A DNA stretch of 64,000 bases. It comes from an uncultured virus (IMG/VR IMGVR_UViG_3300050343_000275) (taxonomy: Duplodnaviria; Heunggongvirae; Uroviricota; Caudoviricetes). The position numbers and the translations under genes are program-made. Below the pieces are notes generated by a model that was not told the DNA's origin, did no database searches, and saw only the letters and a list, made by a program, of their open reading frames with translations. The stretch lies in the IMG/VR virus record IMGVR_UViG_3300050343_000275; one strand, written 5' to 3'. Positions 20,094-29,556 of this stretch are shown in pieces (the stretch's first letter is position 1; each line of letters opens with the position of its first letter).

Positions 20094-20694
20094 CTGGGGT
20101 GACTCCTTTAAAAAGATGAATGCGACTGGGAGGTGCGTATTGAATGAGTGCGGTTTGCACTTTCAAGGTTTCAGATGGAGTGAAGTACAGCCTTGGGTGT
20201 TGTCGATGCTCCCCTAAGACTGGTTGTGCTCCTGTCAGCATTGAGATCCAAGCCTGCATGCGAGCTCCCTCCATGTATGTTTTGCCAACTCGAGAAAGTT
20301 CTGCGCTCATGTCCGGCCGAATGTGAGCCCCTTGAGCCCAGCACCATGCAGCAGCACTTGCGCCTAGCAGGTCAAGAGCTATTTGATTGATTAATCGTTC
20401 ACCGCCGGGGTAGAGCAAGTTGTAGACAGGCCTCAGTTTGTTGGTAGATACTCTGAACCTGAGCACAGAGGTCTGTCTCCCATTAGCCCTTGGGGAGCTT
20501 TTATAGGGAGTAATTTTTGCTTTTGATGGTAGGAATTCTTTGAATTCTCGAACTTTGTCATCGAGAAATGCTGATTGATTTATACCAGCCGTCAGAGTCA
20601 GCTGAATATAACCACCACCTGGAGTGCGATATGAGACAAGGCTCCCATCAGTCAGAAGTAAACTCAGTAACCCACGGACATCTACTACGTCCAA
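19990..20694 (-). CDS. LAGLIDADG endonuclease-like protein, second motif degenerate
   Basis: GLLSLLLTDGSL, YNLLYPGGER, AAWCWAQG. Confidence 0.7.
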   Translation of the reverse strand: MDVVDVRGLLSLLLTDGSLVSYRTPGGGYIQLTLTAGINQSAFLDDKVREFKEFLPSKAKITPYKSSPRANGRQTSVLRFRVSTNKLRPVYNLLYPGGERLINQIALDLLGASAAAWCWAQGAHIRPDMSAELSRVGKTYMEGARMQAWISMLTGAQPVLGEHRQHPRLYFTPSETLKVQTALIQYAPPSRIHLFKGVTPDVCSIRSSRTELLFGGGDNSSKGEKTAAMAGDRP

Positions 20695-20779
20695 ATTTGC
20701 TCCCTATAGAACACAACTATAGTAATAAGAAGCACAGTAGTTGTGCTTATAAACCCTTACAGCTGAGGAATTTCGATCC

Positions 20780-21931
20780 ATGTGGATTGATAATGATTTT
20801 CCCAAGCTGCTAGGTGCTGAGCTTTACCGCCCCCATCCCGGTTATATCATCGAGATGGCTGTGGAGCCTGTGGTTGTTCACGATTTCGCTAAGCAACCCG
20901 GCCAGACTGTCCAGCTTGATCGTTATCGCTTCTGGGGCAATCCTGGCAACAAGGATTCCCGAGAGCGTACTGCTGATCAAACTTTGGGCACAGCATCTAG
21001 CCGCTCTATTGTTAAAGACAAGGTTCTGGTGAACCTTAAGGAATACACCGGACCTGCAGACCCTACTGATGCAACTTCACCTTCAACCTTCAAGGTTGCT
21101 CGTGAAACTCTGCTCACCGCTCAGCGCTTGCTGCTTGATACCGGCAACCTGAACGTCTTCCACCAGTCAATCGGTTCACTGACACTGTTGGACGATTACC
21201 GCCGTTGGCGTGATCGCGTTTTTGCTGACGAACTTTTCAAAGCAGAAGCTGCTGGTCCTGCTAGCGACAATGCTGGTGGTTACTACTACCCACTCGGCCA
21301 AACCAAGGCATCCTCCGCTCCGTTCCTTAACTACGGTGCTGGTGAATCTGCCAAGTTTGACGTAAAGACAGACTTGCTGCAGGTTGTTAAGGACATGCGT
21401 AAGCGCAATGTCCCAACCTTTGCTGATGGTTATTACCGTTGCATCGCAGATCCAACTGCAATGATGCATCTCCGTCAGAACGATGCTTTCCGTGAGATTG
21501 CTCGTTATGCCGGTAACGGTATGGTCAATCCCCTGCAACCTGAGCAGGCTCCTAATGCCAACTTCTTCTATGGCATGGGTCCCGCTTACGGACAGGCTGG
21601 TTTCGTAGCAGGTCAACCTGTTATGCCAACTGGATTCCTCTTTGAAGGTGTTCGTTGGTTCGAATCCACCAACCTTGCTGAGAAGTCTCTGCAGGTAACT
21701 ATTGCAGACGCCACTAACCCAACGATCACCAATCAGGTGACCACTGCGGCACCGATGATCTTCTTCGGTCCTCAGGCAGTCGGCGTTGGCATTGGTGGTA
21801 ACAACGCTCAGATCTTGTTGAACAACAATGATGATTTCTCACGATTCATCATCATGATCTGGTCGCTGTTTGCTGGTTTTGAAGTGCTTAACCGCGACTT
21901 CATCACCATTGCTTATTCCTTCGTTTATTGA
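20780..21931 (+). CDS. Major capsid protein
   Basis: 383 aa; KQPGQTVQL, GFLFEGVRWFESTN, FFGPQAVG; strongly biased codons; hairpin AAGCACA/TGTGCTT upstream. Confidence 0.85.
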   Translation: MWIDNDFPKLLGAELYRPHPGYIIEMAVEPVVVHDFAKQPGQTVQLDRYRFWGNPGNKDSRERTADQTLGTASSRSIVKDKVLVNLKEYTGPADPTDATSPSTFKVARETLLTAQRLLLDTGNLNVFHQSIGSLTLLDDYRRWRDRVFADELFKAEAAGPASDNAGGYYYPLGQTKASSAPFLNYGAGESAKFDVKTDLLQVVKDMRKRNVPTFADGYYRCIADPTAMMHLRQNDAFREIARYAGNGMVNPLQPEQAPNANFFYGMGPAYGQAGFVAGQPVMPTGFLFEGVRWFESTNLAEKSLQVTIADATNPTITNQVTTAAPMIFFGPQAVGVGIGGNNAQILLNNNDDFSRFIIMIWSLFAGFEVLNRDFITIAYSFVY

Positions 21932-21947
21932 TAGGAGTAACTAAACA

Positions 21948-22595
21948 ATGGCAAAGAAAATTTTTCCCGGTAACTGGGTTACCGATCTGAGTAGCTACCA
22001 GGGTCAGCCTGTTGTAGCCGTCCCTGGCCGTGTGTACTACCACAAGGTTGGTTATGCGCTCGTTGGTTCTACTGGTGCAGCGTCATTCGACGTTGTCATC
22101 CCTAGCCCCGACATGCGTGCTGATGACAAGGTTCGCCCTGACATCACTGGACTGACTGTGCCTCAGGGCGCAACTGTTTATTCCCTTGGACTGCGTGTGT
22201 CTGACACTCGCAAAGAAAAAGGCGTAGGCACTGCAACTTCTGGTCTCGTTGGCACTAACACCGAGACCCTGAAGCTTGCTTCAGCTGCAACTGCAACTGC
22301 AACCGGTCAAATCGCCACTACCGCTCTAGGTACTGTGGCCGCTTCATTGACTGTTGCAAGTACAACTATTGCTCCTGGCACTGGCCGAGCGAGCGATGCT
22401 TCTGGTGCAGCACTTTCCAACGCTCTGACGCTGAAAGTGTTTCTCTGCACATCCGCAGGCAACGTAGCTAGCTCTAACACTCTGAGCTCTACTGCATCTG
22501 GCGGTACTCCAATCATCTGTGAAGTCTCGTACTATCTCGATGATGAAGTAGCTAGCGCCGATAACACGATGCTGCCTTATTTGACTGAGAGCTGA
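21948..22595 (+). CDS. Capsid decoration or minor capsid protein
   Basis: Follows capsid gene, AGGAG RBS, Thr/Ala-rich, terminator downstream. Confidence 0.6.
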   Translation: MAKKIFPGNWVTDLSSYQGQPVVAVPGRVYYHKVGYALVGSTGAASFDVVIPSPDMRADDKVRPDITGLTVPQGATVYSLGLRVSDTRKEKGVGTATSGLVGTNTETLKLASAATATATGQIATTALGTVAASLTVASTTIAPGTGRASDASGAALSNALTLKVFLCTSAGNVASSNTLSSTASGGTPIICEVSYYLDDEVASADNTMLPYLTES

Positions 22596-22619
22596 TTCTT
22601 CAGTCTTTTCTCTAGTATG

Positions 22620-22651
22620 AGGGCGTCTGGGCCACCAGCCGCCCTTTTTTT
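22620..22651 (+). terminator. Rho-independent terminator
   Basis: AGGGCG-CTGG/CCAG-CGCCCT stem followed by T run. Confidence 0.8.
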
Positions 22652-22660
22652 ATTGCATTT

Positions 22661-23092
22661 ATGGCGCTGTATCAAAACACCAAGACCGGCCAGTTAGTTG
22701 AATTCATTTCCCACCATGACAAGGAATGGGCAATGGTGAAGAACTCCAGTGGGTCTGTCGCTTATGTAGCTCTTGCTGACTTAGTTGGTTATGAAGCGGG
22801 TAAGGGTAGAAATGGAGTCTCGATCGAACCTCAAAGCGCTGAAGTCGAGGTAGACGAAGATAAGCTTCCTGAAACAATCATCCCTGCTGACACGAGGTTA
22901 AACCTTAATGTCGGCACTGCTGAAGGTATCGCCAAGCACGTCAAAGGTATTGGCTATGCGACGGCCAAGAAGATCGTTGAGCTGAGGTTGTCTCTCCCCG
23001 GCGAACGTTTCAAGAATCTCGAGCAGCTTAAAAAGATCGGTCGTGTTGACTGGGACGAGGTTATCGCAGCCGACTTAATTTACATCGACTGA
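22661..23092 (+). CDS. Helix-hairpin-helix (ComEA-like) DNA-binding protein
   Basis: LNLNVGT...VKGIGYATAKKIVELR...FKNLEQL. Confidence 0.8.
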   Translation: MALYQNTKTGQLVEFISHHDKEWAMVKNSSGSVAYVALADLVGYEAGKGRNGVSIEPQSAEVEVDEDKLPETIIPADTRLNLNVGTAEGIAKHVKGIGYATAKKIVELRLSLPGERFKNLEQLKKIGRVDWDEVIAADLIYID

Positions 23093-23127
23093 TTCGCATA
23101 GAATTACTGAAAGGTCGCTGAATAACA

Positions 23128-23613
23128 TTGGAGCTCAACGACTACGACAAAAGCCGTTGTCGCTTCCATTTGGGATACAACGTCGGAGCTAATCTCCCGG
23201 CGGGGGATATTGCCCGTCTGGAAGAGGCAATGGCAAGAGTCCCGGATAGTTATTTCTATTCGAGAATTCTTGAACATTTAGACCGCTGCGACAAGGCCTT
23301 CAAGGTTTCGCAGATCTTTCGGATTGCTGATCAGCCGCAACCTAGCCGCGTCGAGCGGATTACAGGTGACACTGAGCGTGCAATTTTCCAGTCTGAACCG
23401 TTAAAAGCGGACAAGGACTATTGGGAGATTTACAGCCGTGAGTGTGATCGTCTTGCGGAAGCTTTATACGTAGCGAACTATCGCCGCGATGAAGTACGGC
23501 GTTATGCCTACGACAGAGCTGGTGCTGAATTCATCATGTCAGTACCAGGCCCAGCAGATACTGCCGTGGGCACCCGAGTGATGCAAGCCCAAGGCGCAAT
23601 GAACTGGAGGTAA
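23128..23613 (+). CDS. Putative head-tail adaptor
   Basis: Helical 161 aa with RFHLGY; positional; TAGAAT at 23099-23104. Confidence 0.5.
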   Translation: MELNDYDKSRCRFHLGYNVGANLPAGDIARLEEAMARVPDSYFYSRILEHLDRCDKAFKVSQIFRIADQPQPSRVERITGDTERAIFQSEPLKADKDYWEIYSRECDRLAEALYVANYRRDEVRRYAYDRAGAEFIMSVPGPADTAVGTRVMQAQGAMNWR

Positions 23614-23616
23614 TCA

Positions 23617-24600
23617 GTGGCTGAAGGAAAATGGGTAACAGTTCCAGGCAATCTGACTCAATCAGGTAAGCCTGAACGTCGTTATCAGATGAAGAGCGGT
23701 CAGTACCGAGAGACAGAGCCAAACTCTGCCGAATGGTACAACCAAATGTATAAGCAGCCGGTGCAAAATGCCCGCTCTGGTTTGTACGACTTTTTCGCTG
23801 CTTACGATGGCGATCCTGGAACTAACCCCGGCGACTTGTCACGCAGGCAAAGCCCTAGCTCAGGTCTGAGCGCAGCCGAGCAACGTGCCCTGATCGATGG
23901 CCCTGAAGGCGCAGCGGCAAGGGTTGGACGTATTAGGGCTGAGTCTGATGCGTTGGTAAAAGAAGCTCGTAGCAACCCTGATAGTCCTTACAACCAGTTA
24001 TTTAGTCAGGAACCTCCAGTTCGCAGTGACGATGCCAACTCCAGAGATTCTGCTCTGACGTCAATGCGGCAGCAGTACGCCCCAGGTGCTGACATCTGGA
24101 GCACTGATGAAGGCAAGGCAATCCTCGAAGCTGCCAAGACCAACACCTATAGCGGTGATGCCGCTGGATTAGCTCAGTTCAATACTCAGCAACGTCAAGC
24201 TGGTATTGGCGCCAATGATGAGATCATCGATGCCCTTGGGTATACAGGTGATATGGCGAAGTGGGCTGAGAAAAATCCAGCTTTGGCGATGCGTGAGTAC
24301 AACAAGAAGTTCGGTAATTCATATGGCGGCTTCGGCTCCGGTGATGCCAATACCGTTCTTCCTAACGGCATGACCGCAGGTGAAGACGCTCGGCAAGCGG
24401 CAATGAATGCCGCAGCAATCATGGAGGGCACAGGTCGCCCCCGCGAGATCAATACTGCGCAAATGGCTCCTGCTCAGCCCGCTGCGATTCAGGCGCAAAA
24501 TAATAACGATCTCAACCTCGCAGGGGTTGGACGGTACGTCGACGGACTTGAAGGTAAGAAGTTGTTTGATTATGCAAAGAGCCTCATGGGAGCTAATTGA
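23617..24600 (+). CDS. Hypothetical virion protein
   Basis: 327 aa, Ala/Gly-rich, WAEKNPALA motif. Confidence 0.65.
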   Translation: MAEGKWVTVPGNLTQSGKPERRYQMKSGQYRETEPNSAEWYNQMYKQPVQNARSGLYDFFAAYDGDPGTNPGDLSRRQSPSSGLSAAEQRALIDGPEGAAARVGRIRAESDALVKEARSNPDSPYNQLFSQEPPVRSDDANSRDSALTSMRQQYAPGADIWSTDEGKAILEAAKTNTYSGDAAGLAQFNTQQRQAGIGANDEIIDALGYTGDMAKWAEKNPALAMREYNKKFGNSYGGFGSGDANTVLPNGMTAGEDARQAAMNAAAIMEGTGRPREINTAQMAPAQPAAIQAQNNNDLNLAGVGRYVDGLEGKKLFDYAKSLMGAN

Positions 24601-24602
24601 AA

Positions 24603-25109
24603 ATGGCTAACTCTAAACGCAACTATTCGAACACCGACTTCTACAAGAATCGTGAGGGGCCTAAGCGTCAAGCACGACTGAATGAGTGGTACATGGACAA
24701 GAAAGGGCACAAGGAAGCCCAGGACTTTTTCTCTGCAACAAAGGATGGTGTTCCTAACAATCCAACCAACTATCAGACATTCACTCCTATTGCTTCTAGG
24801 TTCGCTCCTAATAGTGAGTCCGATGCTGACGTTGTATTCCGTCGCAATCCTTACGGTGATGCTGAGCAGATAGAGCAAAGCCAGGGGCCTACTTATCAAC
24901 GTCCTACTCAGTGGGGCTCGTACAACATGGGTTCACAGGTTGCTAAAGACGTAGACAAACCCAACTTCTTGCAGACGCCAGGCCCAGGCTCAGAGATGAG
25001 TACTCCACGAAGCATGGATCCACCCCGTGGAATGAATACTGGAATTTCTCCATTCGGATCTGGTGCTCGTCGTAATGAGCCACGCAAAGGCAAAAGCAAG
25101 AAGGCTTAA
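24603..25109 (+). CDS. Hypothetical protein
   Basis: ATG at 24603; Pro-rich with basic termini. Confidence 0.65.
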   Translation: MANSKRNYSNTDFYKNREGPKRQARLNEWYMDKKGHKEAQDFFSATKDGVPNNPTNYQTFTPIASRFAPNSESDADVVFRRNPYGDAEQIEQSQGPTYQRPTQWGSYNMGSQVAKDVDKPNFLQTPGPGSEMSTPRSMDPPRGMNTGISPFGSGARRNEPRKGKSKKA

Positions 25110-25162
25110 TAATTTATTGGTCAATCCGATTTAAGTAACATAGTTAAAGATGAGGAGACGCC

Positions 25163-25699
25163 TTGGCAACCAGTAGTTCTAATAAGATGCCGCTGCTGGT
25201 TGACAGGCCGCTGCATTCATTCGCGACACTAGGCGGTGCTGCGGCGCTGACAACTGCGACTGACTTCAATACTCCTAATGGTGGTGGTTGCGTATTGCTG
25301 GTCGATTGCCTAAGTAACGATGGTGCTGTCGTTGATAGCTTGTCGATTGTTTCGAACGAGGCAAGTACAACTGCTTCAAAGGTTTTGGTTTTTCTAAGTA
25401 TCGCTGCTTCTGCTGCATCGATTACTTCAGCAAATACAGTGCTAGTTGCAAACGAAACAATCAGCTCTAGTACAGCGGGAGAGCGTACCAATATTTCACT
25501 GCCACCGTTAAGCGTCCCAGTGCCAAATCTGGCTGGACCTGCAGCGACTACAACTACCTTCGCGTCAGAGACTGACAAGAAAAATACTGGCCTATATGTC
25601 CCATCCGGTGCAGTTCTATATGTGGGAGTGAATGTCCCTCTTACTTCACCAAGCTCTTCTACTCGTGTACATGTATTTGCTCAAGGGGGCTTCTTCTGA
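25163..25699 (+). CDS. Beta-rich structural protein
   Basis: TTG start after GAGGAG; GLYVPSGAVLYVG...VFAQGGFF. Confidence 0.7.
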   Translation: MATSSSNKMPLLVDRPLHSFATLGGAAALTTATDFNTPNGGGCVLLVDCLSNDGAVVDSLSIVSNEASTTASKVLVFLSIAASAASITSANTVLVANETISSSTAGERTNISLPPLSVPVPNLAGPAATTTTFASETDKKNTGLYVPSGAVLYVGVNVPLTSPSSSTRVHVFAQGGFF

Positions 25700-26541
25700 T
25701 GAGCTGGCAGCAAAAGCTGAAGGACAGTACATATCAAAGGGTTGCGAGAAAAGCAGGAGTTCGTAATCTCGATAGTCAAAATGACGTCCGTAAAATTGCT
25801 GCGTATATTGCCTCAAACCCAGGATTATCGCAGCAAAAATATATTTCAAACGCAAAAGCCGCAGGGGTTAATGTCCTAGACAGCGCCAATGATATTGCAA
25901 AAATTGATAAATATTTAGGTTCTAGCACTCCACCACCAGGGAATGAACCGCCACCACAAGTAACACCAGGGTCAAAAAATCCCACTCCCGAGCCCAAGCC
26001 GGGAGCAGCACCAACTCCACAACCAGCCGCAACAACACAGCCTGCGGTTGACTATTCAAGTATTTTTCAAGGATATCAAGACACCATTAGTAACCTTACG
26101 GCGTCTTATACCGCTGCCATTGCTAACTCGAATACTATTGCCAGCTCAAATAAGACCAACCAAGAGAATGCTGATAAGGTTGGAAACTTAGAACAGGAGA
26201 ATGAATCATTAAAACAGGAGAATCAAAGGTTCTTAGATGCGTCTGCGAATAGTCAGCTTTCTGCTCTGAGATCTGGAACTACTACTGGAGGTGATAACTC
26301 TTCTGTATACGGATCTAGGGGTGAAGGGTTGTCCAGTGGTACTACTCAGTACCAGCCATCCAGCAAAAAGTCATCTATCGATTCAGACACGCCTGTAGAG
26401 AATAGTGTCTTGTCACGCAAGGGTCCTGTTGTTCAGCAGCTCAATACGGCCTTGAGCAGGCAAAAAGGCGCCCCTGCCAGGCCAAACTCTGGCCTCGCGT
26501 CGGGTAGAAGTTCTAGCTATTACGCAACTCGTTTTTCCTGA
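25699..26541 (+). CDS. Array-1 paralogue 1 (duplicated LDSxxD head, Pro linker, coiled coil, conserved tail)
   Basis: Tail VLSRKGPVV...LASG..YYATRFS shared with the next two genes. Confidence 0.8.
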   Translation: MSWQQKLKDSTYQRVARKAGVRNLDSQNDVRKIAAYIASNPGLSQQKYISNAKAAGVNVLDSANDIAKIDKYLGSSTPPPGNEPPPQVTPGSKNPTPEPKPGAAPTPQPAATTQPAVDYSSIFQGYQDTISNLTASYTAAIANSNTIASSNKTNQENADKVGNLEQENESLKQENQRFLDASANSQLSALRSGTTTGGDNSSVYGSRGEGLSSGTTQYQPSSKKSSIDSDTPVENSVLSRKGPVVQQLNTALSRQKGAPARPNSGLASGRSSSYYATRFS

Positions 26542-26581
26542 GCATGCCAAATTTTCTTACTGCTAACAGAGGTCTTTTCTA

Positions 26582-27340
26582 ATGAGCTATGACGCCAATA
26601 TCAGAGAGTGGTATCAAAATTATTTAGGGCGTGCTCCTGATCAAGGCGGCTACGACCACTACATGAATCGCCTGAATCAAGGGCATAATATTTATGAAGT
26701 AGCCGCTGATATTCAAAACTCGGCTGAAGCGCGAGGGCGTCGAGCAAGCCAGGCTCAGCAGACTAGTAACCAAATATCAGGACTGCAGGGGCAGGTTAGT
26801 GACTTTCAGGGGCAGATCAGTGGCTATCAGAATCAAATCAGTGATTATAAAAACAGGATCGGTGACTATCGAAATCAAGTAAGCGGATTGCAGAATCAAT
26901 ACAATGATGCAATGGGGCAGGTCTCAACATGGCAGACAAAAGCCAGTGAATTTGAGTCTTCTGCGCGTGACTGGCAGGATCAATTTACGACCAAGTCGCA
27001 AGAGTATGAGACTGCTCGCGATGAGGCTGAACGTTACAGGAATGAAGCAGTTGGGCAACAGCTTCGAGCGATGAAGTCTGGAGCTACGACTGGAGGTTCA
27101 AATTCAAATGCTCAGCAAGGCGGTTTAGCTAGTGGAAGAACTCAGTACCAGCAAAATTCTGATGATGGTATTGATGTAGATAAAGGAATTAAAGCGGAGA
27201 GTGGCACCTTGTCCAACAAAGGACAAGTTGTTGAAAGAATGGTTTCCGGGCAGCGTCGGCAAACATCGCCAAGCGGAAGCCCAAATAGAGCTCTCGCCTC
27301 TGGTGGTGGCTCCGGTTATTACGCATCCAGATTTAGCTGA
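26582..27340 (+). CDS. Array-1 paralogue 2 (DUF4214-like head)
   Basis: YQNYLGRAPDQGGYDHY...IQNSAEA; heptad coil; ends YYASRFS. Confidence 0.8.
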   Translation: MSYDANIREWYQNYLGRAPDQGGYDHYMNRLNQGHNIYEVAADIQNSAEARGRRASQAQQTSNQISGLQGQVSDFQGQISGYQNQISDYKNRIGDYRNQVSGLQNQYNDAMGQVSTWQTKASEFESSARDWQDQFTTKSQEYETARDEAERYRNEAVGQQLRAMKSGATTGGSNSNAQQGGLASGRTQYQQNSDDGIDVDKGIKAESGTLSNKGQVVERMVSGQRRQTSPSGSPNRALASGGGSGYYASRFS

Positions 27341-27342
27341 CA

Positions 27343-28071
27343 ATGTCTAATTGGTTCACAAGGTACAAAGGTCCTGGCGGCGGAACCGGAATGGGCTCCT
27401 GGGATCGAGCCATCGATGATGGTTACTCTCCGCAGCAAATCGCAGCTGCCGTTGGTGGCTCAGGTCTTAGTGTTGGCTGGAGGCTTAGGGATGCTGCTAA
27501 CGCAGTCAACGCGGGAGCTGCGGCTCAAAGGCAAGCTCAACAGCAAGTTCAACAGCAAGCCAATCAGTACGAGAGCCAGATTTCTGGCTACAAAAGTCAA
27601 TTAGCAGATTATCAAAATCAGGTCAGTACCTTAAGTAGTCAATATCAAGGTGCACTTGCGCAAGGCGCTGAATACCAGAAGCAAGCAAGCGACTGGCAAG
27701 ATCAGTTCAAGACTAAGTCTGCTGATTACGATCGAGCTAACGACGAAGCGCAGAGGTACAGAAATGAAGCTGTAGGTAGGCAACTACAGCAAATACGCAG
27801 TGGTTCGACCCAGGCAAGTTCGAATGCGTCAACTGGCGCAGGTGCCGGGAGCCTTACGAAAGGAGGGCAGAGATTTCAGAGCGATGACAATAAACTGTCT
27901 GATCAGGTCAGGGAGGAAGGCGGCCTAACAGATAGTGTTTTAAATAGAAAAGGACCTGTTGTTGAAAGGATTTCCTCCGCGCAGCCACGGCAAGCCGCAC
28001 CAGCAGGTAGGCCTAATCAGTCATTAGCTACTGGTCGCAGACCTGGCTATTACTCCTCTCGCTTTGGCTAA
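27343..28071 (+). CDS. Array-1 paralogue 3 (distinct head)
   Basis: Shares WQDQF..KS..Y...RYRNEAVG with paralogue 2; ends YYSSRFG. Confidence 0.8.
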   Translation: MSNWFTRYKGPGGGTGMGSWDRAIDDGYSPQQIAAAVGGSGLSVGWRLRDAANAVNAGAAAQRQAQQQVQQQANQYESQISGYKSQLADYQNQVSTLSSQYQGALAQGAEYQKQASDWQDQFKTKSADYDRANDEAQRYRNEAVGRQLQQIRSGSTQASSNASTGAGAGSLTKGGQRFQSDDNKLSDQVREEGGLTDSVLNRKGPVVERISSAQPRQAAPAGRPNQSLATGRRPGYYSSRFG

Positions 28072-28073
28072 AC

Positions 28074-29519
28074 GTGGCTAAGGGCCTTGGTTCAAAAATG
28101 GACCGCAATTTTGGTTTGCGGCCTTTGCGAAAGTCAAACAAGCCAAGAGCAAAAGGGCTTTACCCCAACGCTGAGACCGGCGCTGGGCAGTACGGATCTG
28201 TTCAGTTTCCTACCGTCATTGAGCAATACAATCGCGAGTCTGATTACAAGCGGTGGAAACTCGGCCAGGAATATTACTTTGGTAAAGGGCGGAGTTGGGG
28301 CGATAGGCAATTTAATGTATTGGCGCGATTCTTAAATCAAAATCCATCATCAACGGCTGACGAGCTTGAGGAGACCGGTAGCAGAGAAGTTATTACTTTG
28401 TTTCCTAGCTCGACCAGTCCAGAGAATGCTTGGTATGTAGCCACTCGGGTTCGAGGCAGTTTCTTATTTCCGCAGCCTATACAATCTTCGGACATAACTT
28501 ACAACCAAACAGATCCAGATCCAGAAAATCATACTTTTACTTACAACGTTTCCGGGGTTTACACGGCTTCTCAGCTCGGTGTTTTCAACGTGTGTATTGG
28601 CGACCAGTTCGAGGATTCTGCTATTGGGCCTAACTTCCCTGATGACTTAGTCAAAAAAGATACGGAAAGCGTTGCTTTCACGTTGATTGGCGTGTCTGTC
28701 GGAAGTATGACTTTGACCTTTGACCTTTCAAAGCCACAGAGAAGGGTCGATAGGGGCGGAAATATTTACTGGACAAAAGAGCCGTACGATCCAGAAGATC
28801 CAGACGTGCCGACTCTCACTTGGCTTGGCGATGGGACAAAGCATTTAGCTTCATCATTTTCATTTTTTTGTTGCTGTCCAGACTGCCTAGGTGGAGCACT
28901 CGCGAATCTGGATAATCCTGAATCACAGGCAACACTAGAGACCTTCCCACTCCCTAATGCAAATAGGACTGTATTTAGCGCTTGGGAAAGAGAAGGTGTT
29001 GGTTATTACAGGCAGTGGAGATCTCTGCCTGACCGAAAGGATCAAAGGCGTGAGTGCAAGCACATACACTCCCAGCGCTGGGCTTGCGGAGTGCCATGGC
29101 TGGAGCCCGATGATTACCCCACGGCTGCCGATAGAGATCTTCTTGAATTTATGATTTCCTACGAGAAAGCTATTGACCCGGAAGAGTATTTGGAATACTT
29201 CAGAAAACGTCGATTGAGTTTCGATCGTTTTGTCTTAGCCATCGCCGAGTCTGCTGGGTTGACAATTTTCCCTGGAGGAGATGTGCGCGACAACATTAGG
29301 CCTAGCAGTTTGCCCATGCTCTGGAATGACAAGGTACGTCCGCTTAGTTCTTGGTGCAGAAATAATGATTGGTGGATGGAGAGAGGTACGCAACGTCTGC
29401 AAGCGTTCAACGCGACAACTCAAGAATTTCAGTCAACAGTACCCAAAAGTGGTGTCGACTATCCAATACTTTCCTTCTTGAGTGATGATGATCCATTAAC
29501 TCCTAAGATCGTCCCATGA
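28074..29519 (+). CDS. Hypothetical protein with SWIM-like Zn finger
   Basis: CCCPDC...ECKHI, i.e. CxC-xn-CxH with a long spacer. Confidence 0.6.
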   Translation: MAKGLGSKMDRNFGLRPLRKSNKPRAKGLYPNAETGAGQYGSVQFPTVIEQYNRESDYKRWKLGQEYYFGKGRSWGDRQFNVLARFLNQNPSSTADELEETGSREVITLFPSSTSPENAWYVATRVRGSFLFPQPIQSSDITYNQTDPDPENHTFTYNVSGVYTASQLGVFNVCIGDQFEDSAIGPNFPDDLVKKDTESVAFTLIGVSVGSMTLTFDLSKPQRRVDRGGNIYWTKEPYDPEDPDVPTLTWLGDGTKHLASSFSFFCCCPDCLGGALANLDNPESQATLETFPLPNANRTVFSAWEREGVGYYRQWRSLPDRKDQRRECKHIHSQRWACGVPWLEPDDYPTAADRDLLEFMISYEKAIDPEEYLEYFRKRRLSFDRFVLAIAESAGLTIFPGGDVRDNIRPSSLPMLWNDKVRPLSSWCRNNDWWMERGTQRLQAFNATTQEFQSTVPKSGVDYPILSFLSDDDPLTPKIVP

Positions 29520-29556
29520 GCTTCAATAGAATATGTATGGAGGAGTATTTTAAGCC

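Noticed and set aside
16031..20694. Invertible segment driven by the serine recombinase
   Set aside because: No flanking inverted repeats found; the recombinase is integrase-type with its own att-like site
19506..21931. Intein or group I intron associated with the LAGLIDADG genes
   Set aside because: Capsid and TerL ORFs are uninterrupted; no splicing motifs; the LAGLIDADG ORFs are on the opposite strand
26582..26750. Phycobilisome linker domain (LGRAP motif)
   Set aside because: Spacing LGRAPDxxGxxxY...L..G...V...I..S.E fits a DUF4214-like unit better, and the segment is too short for a linker domain
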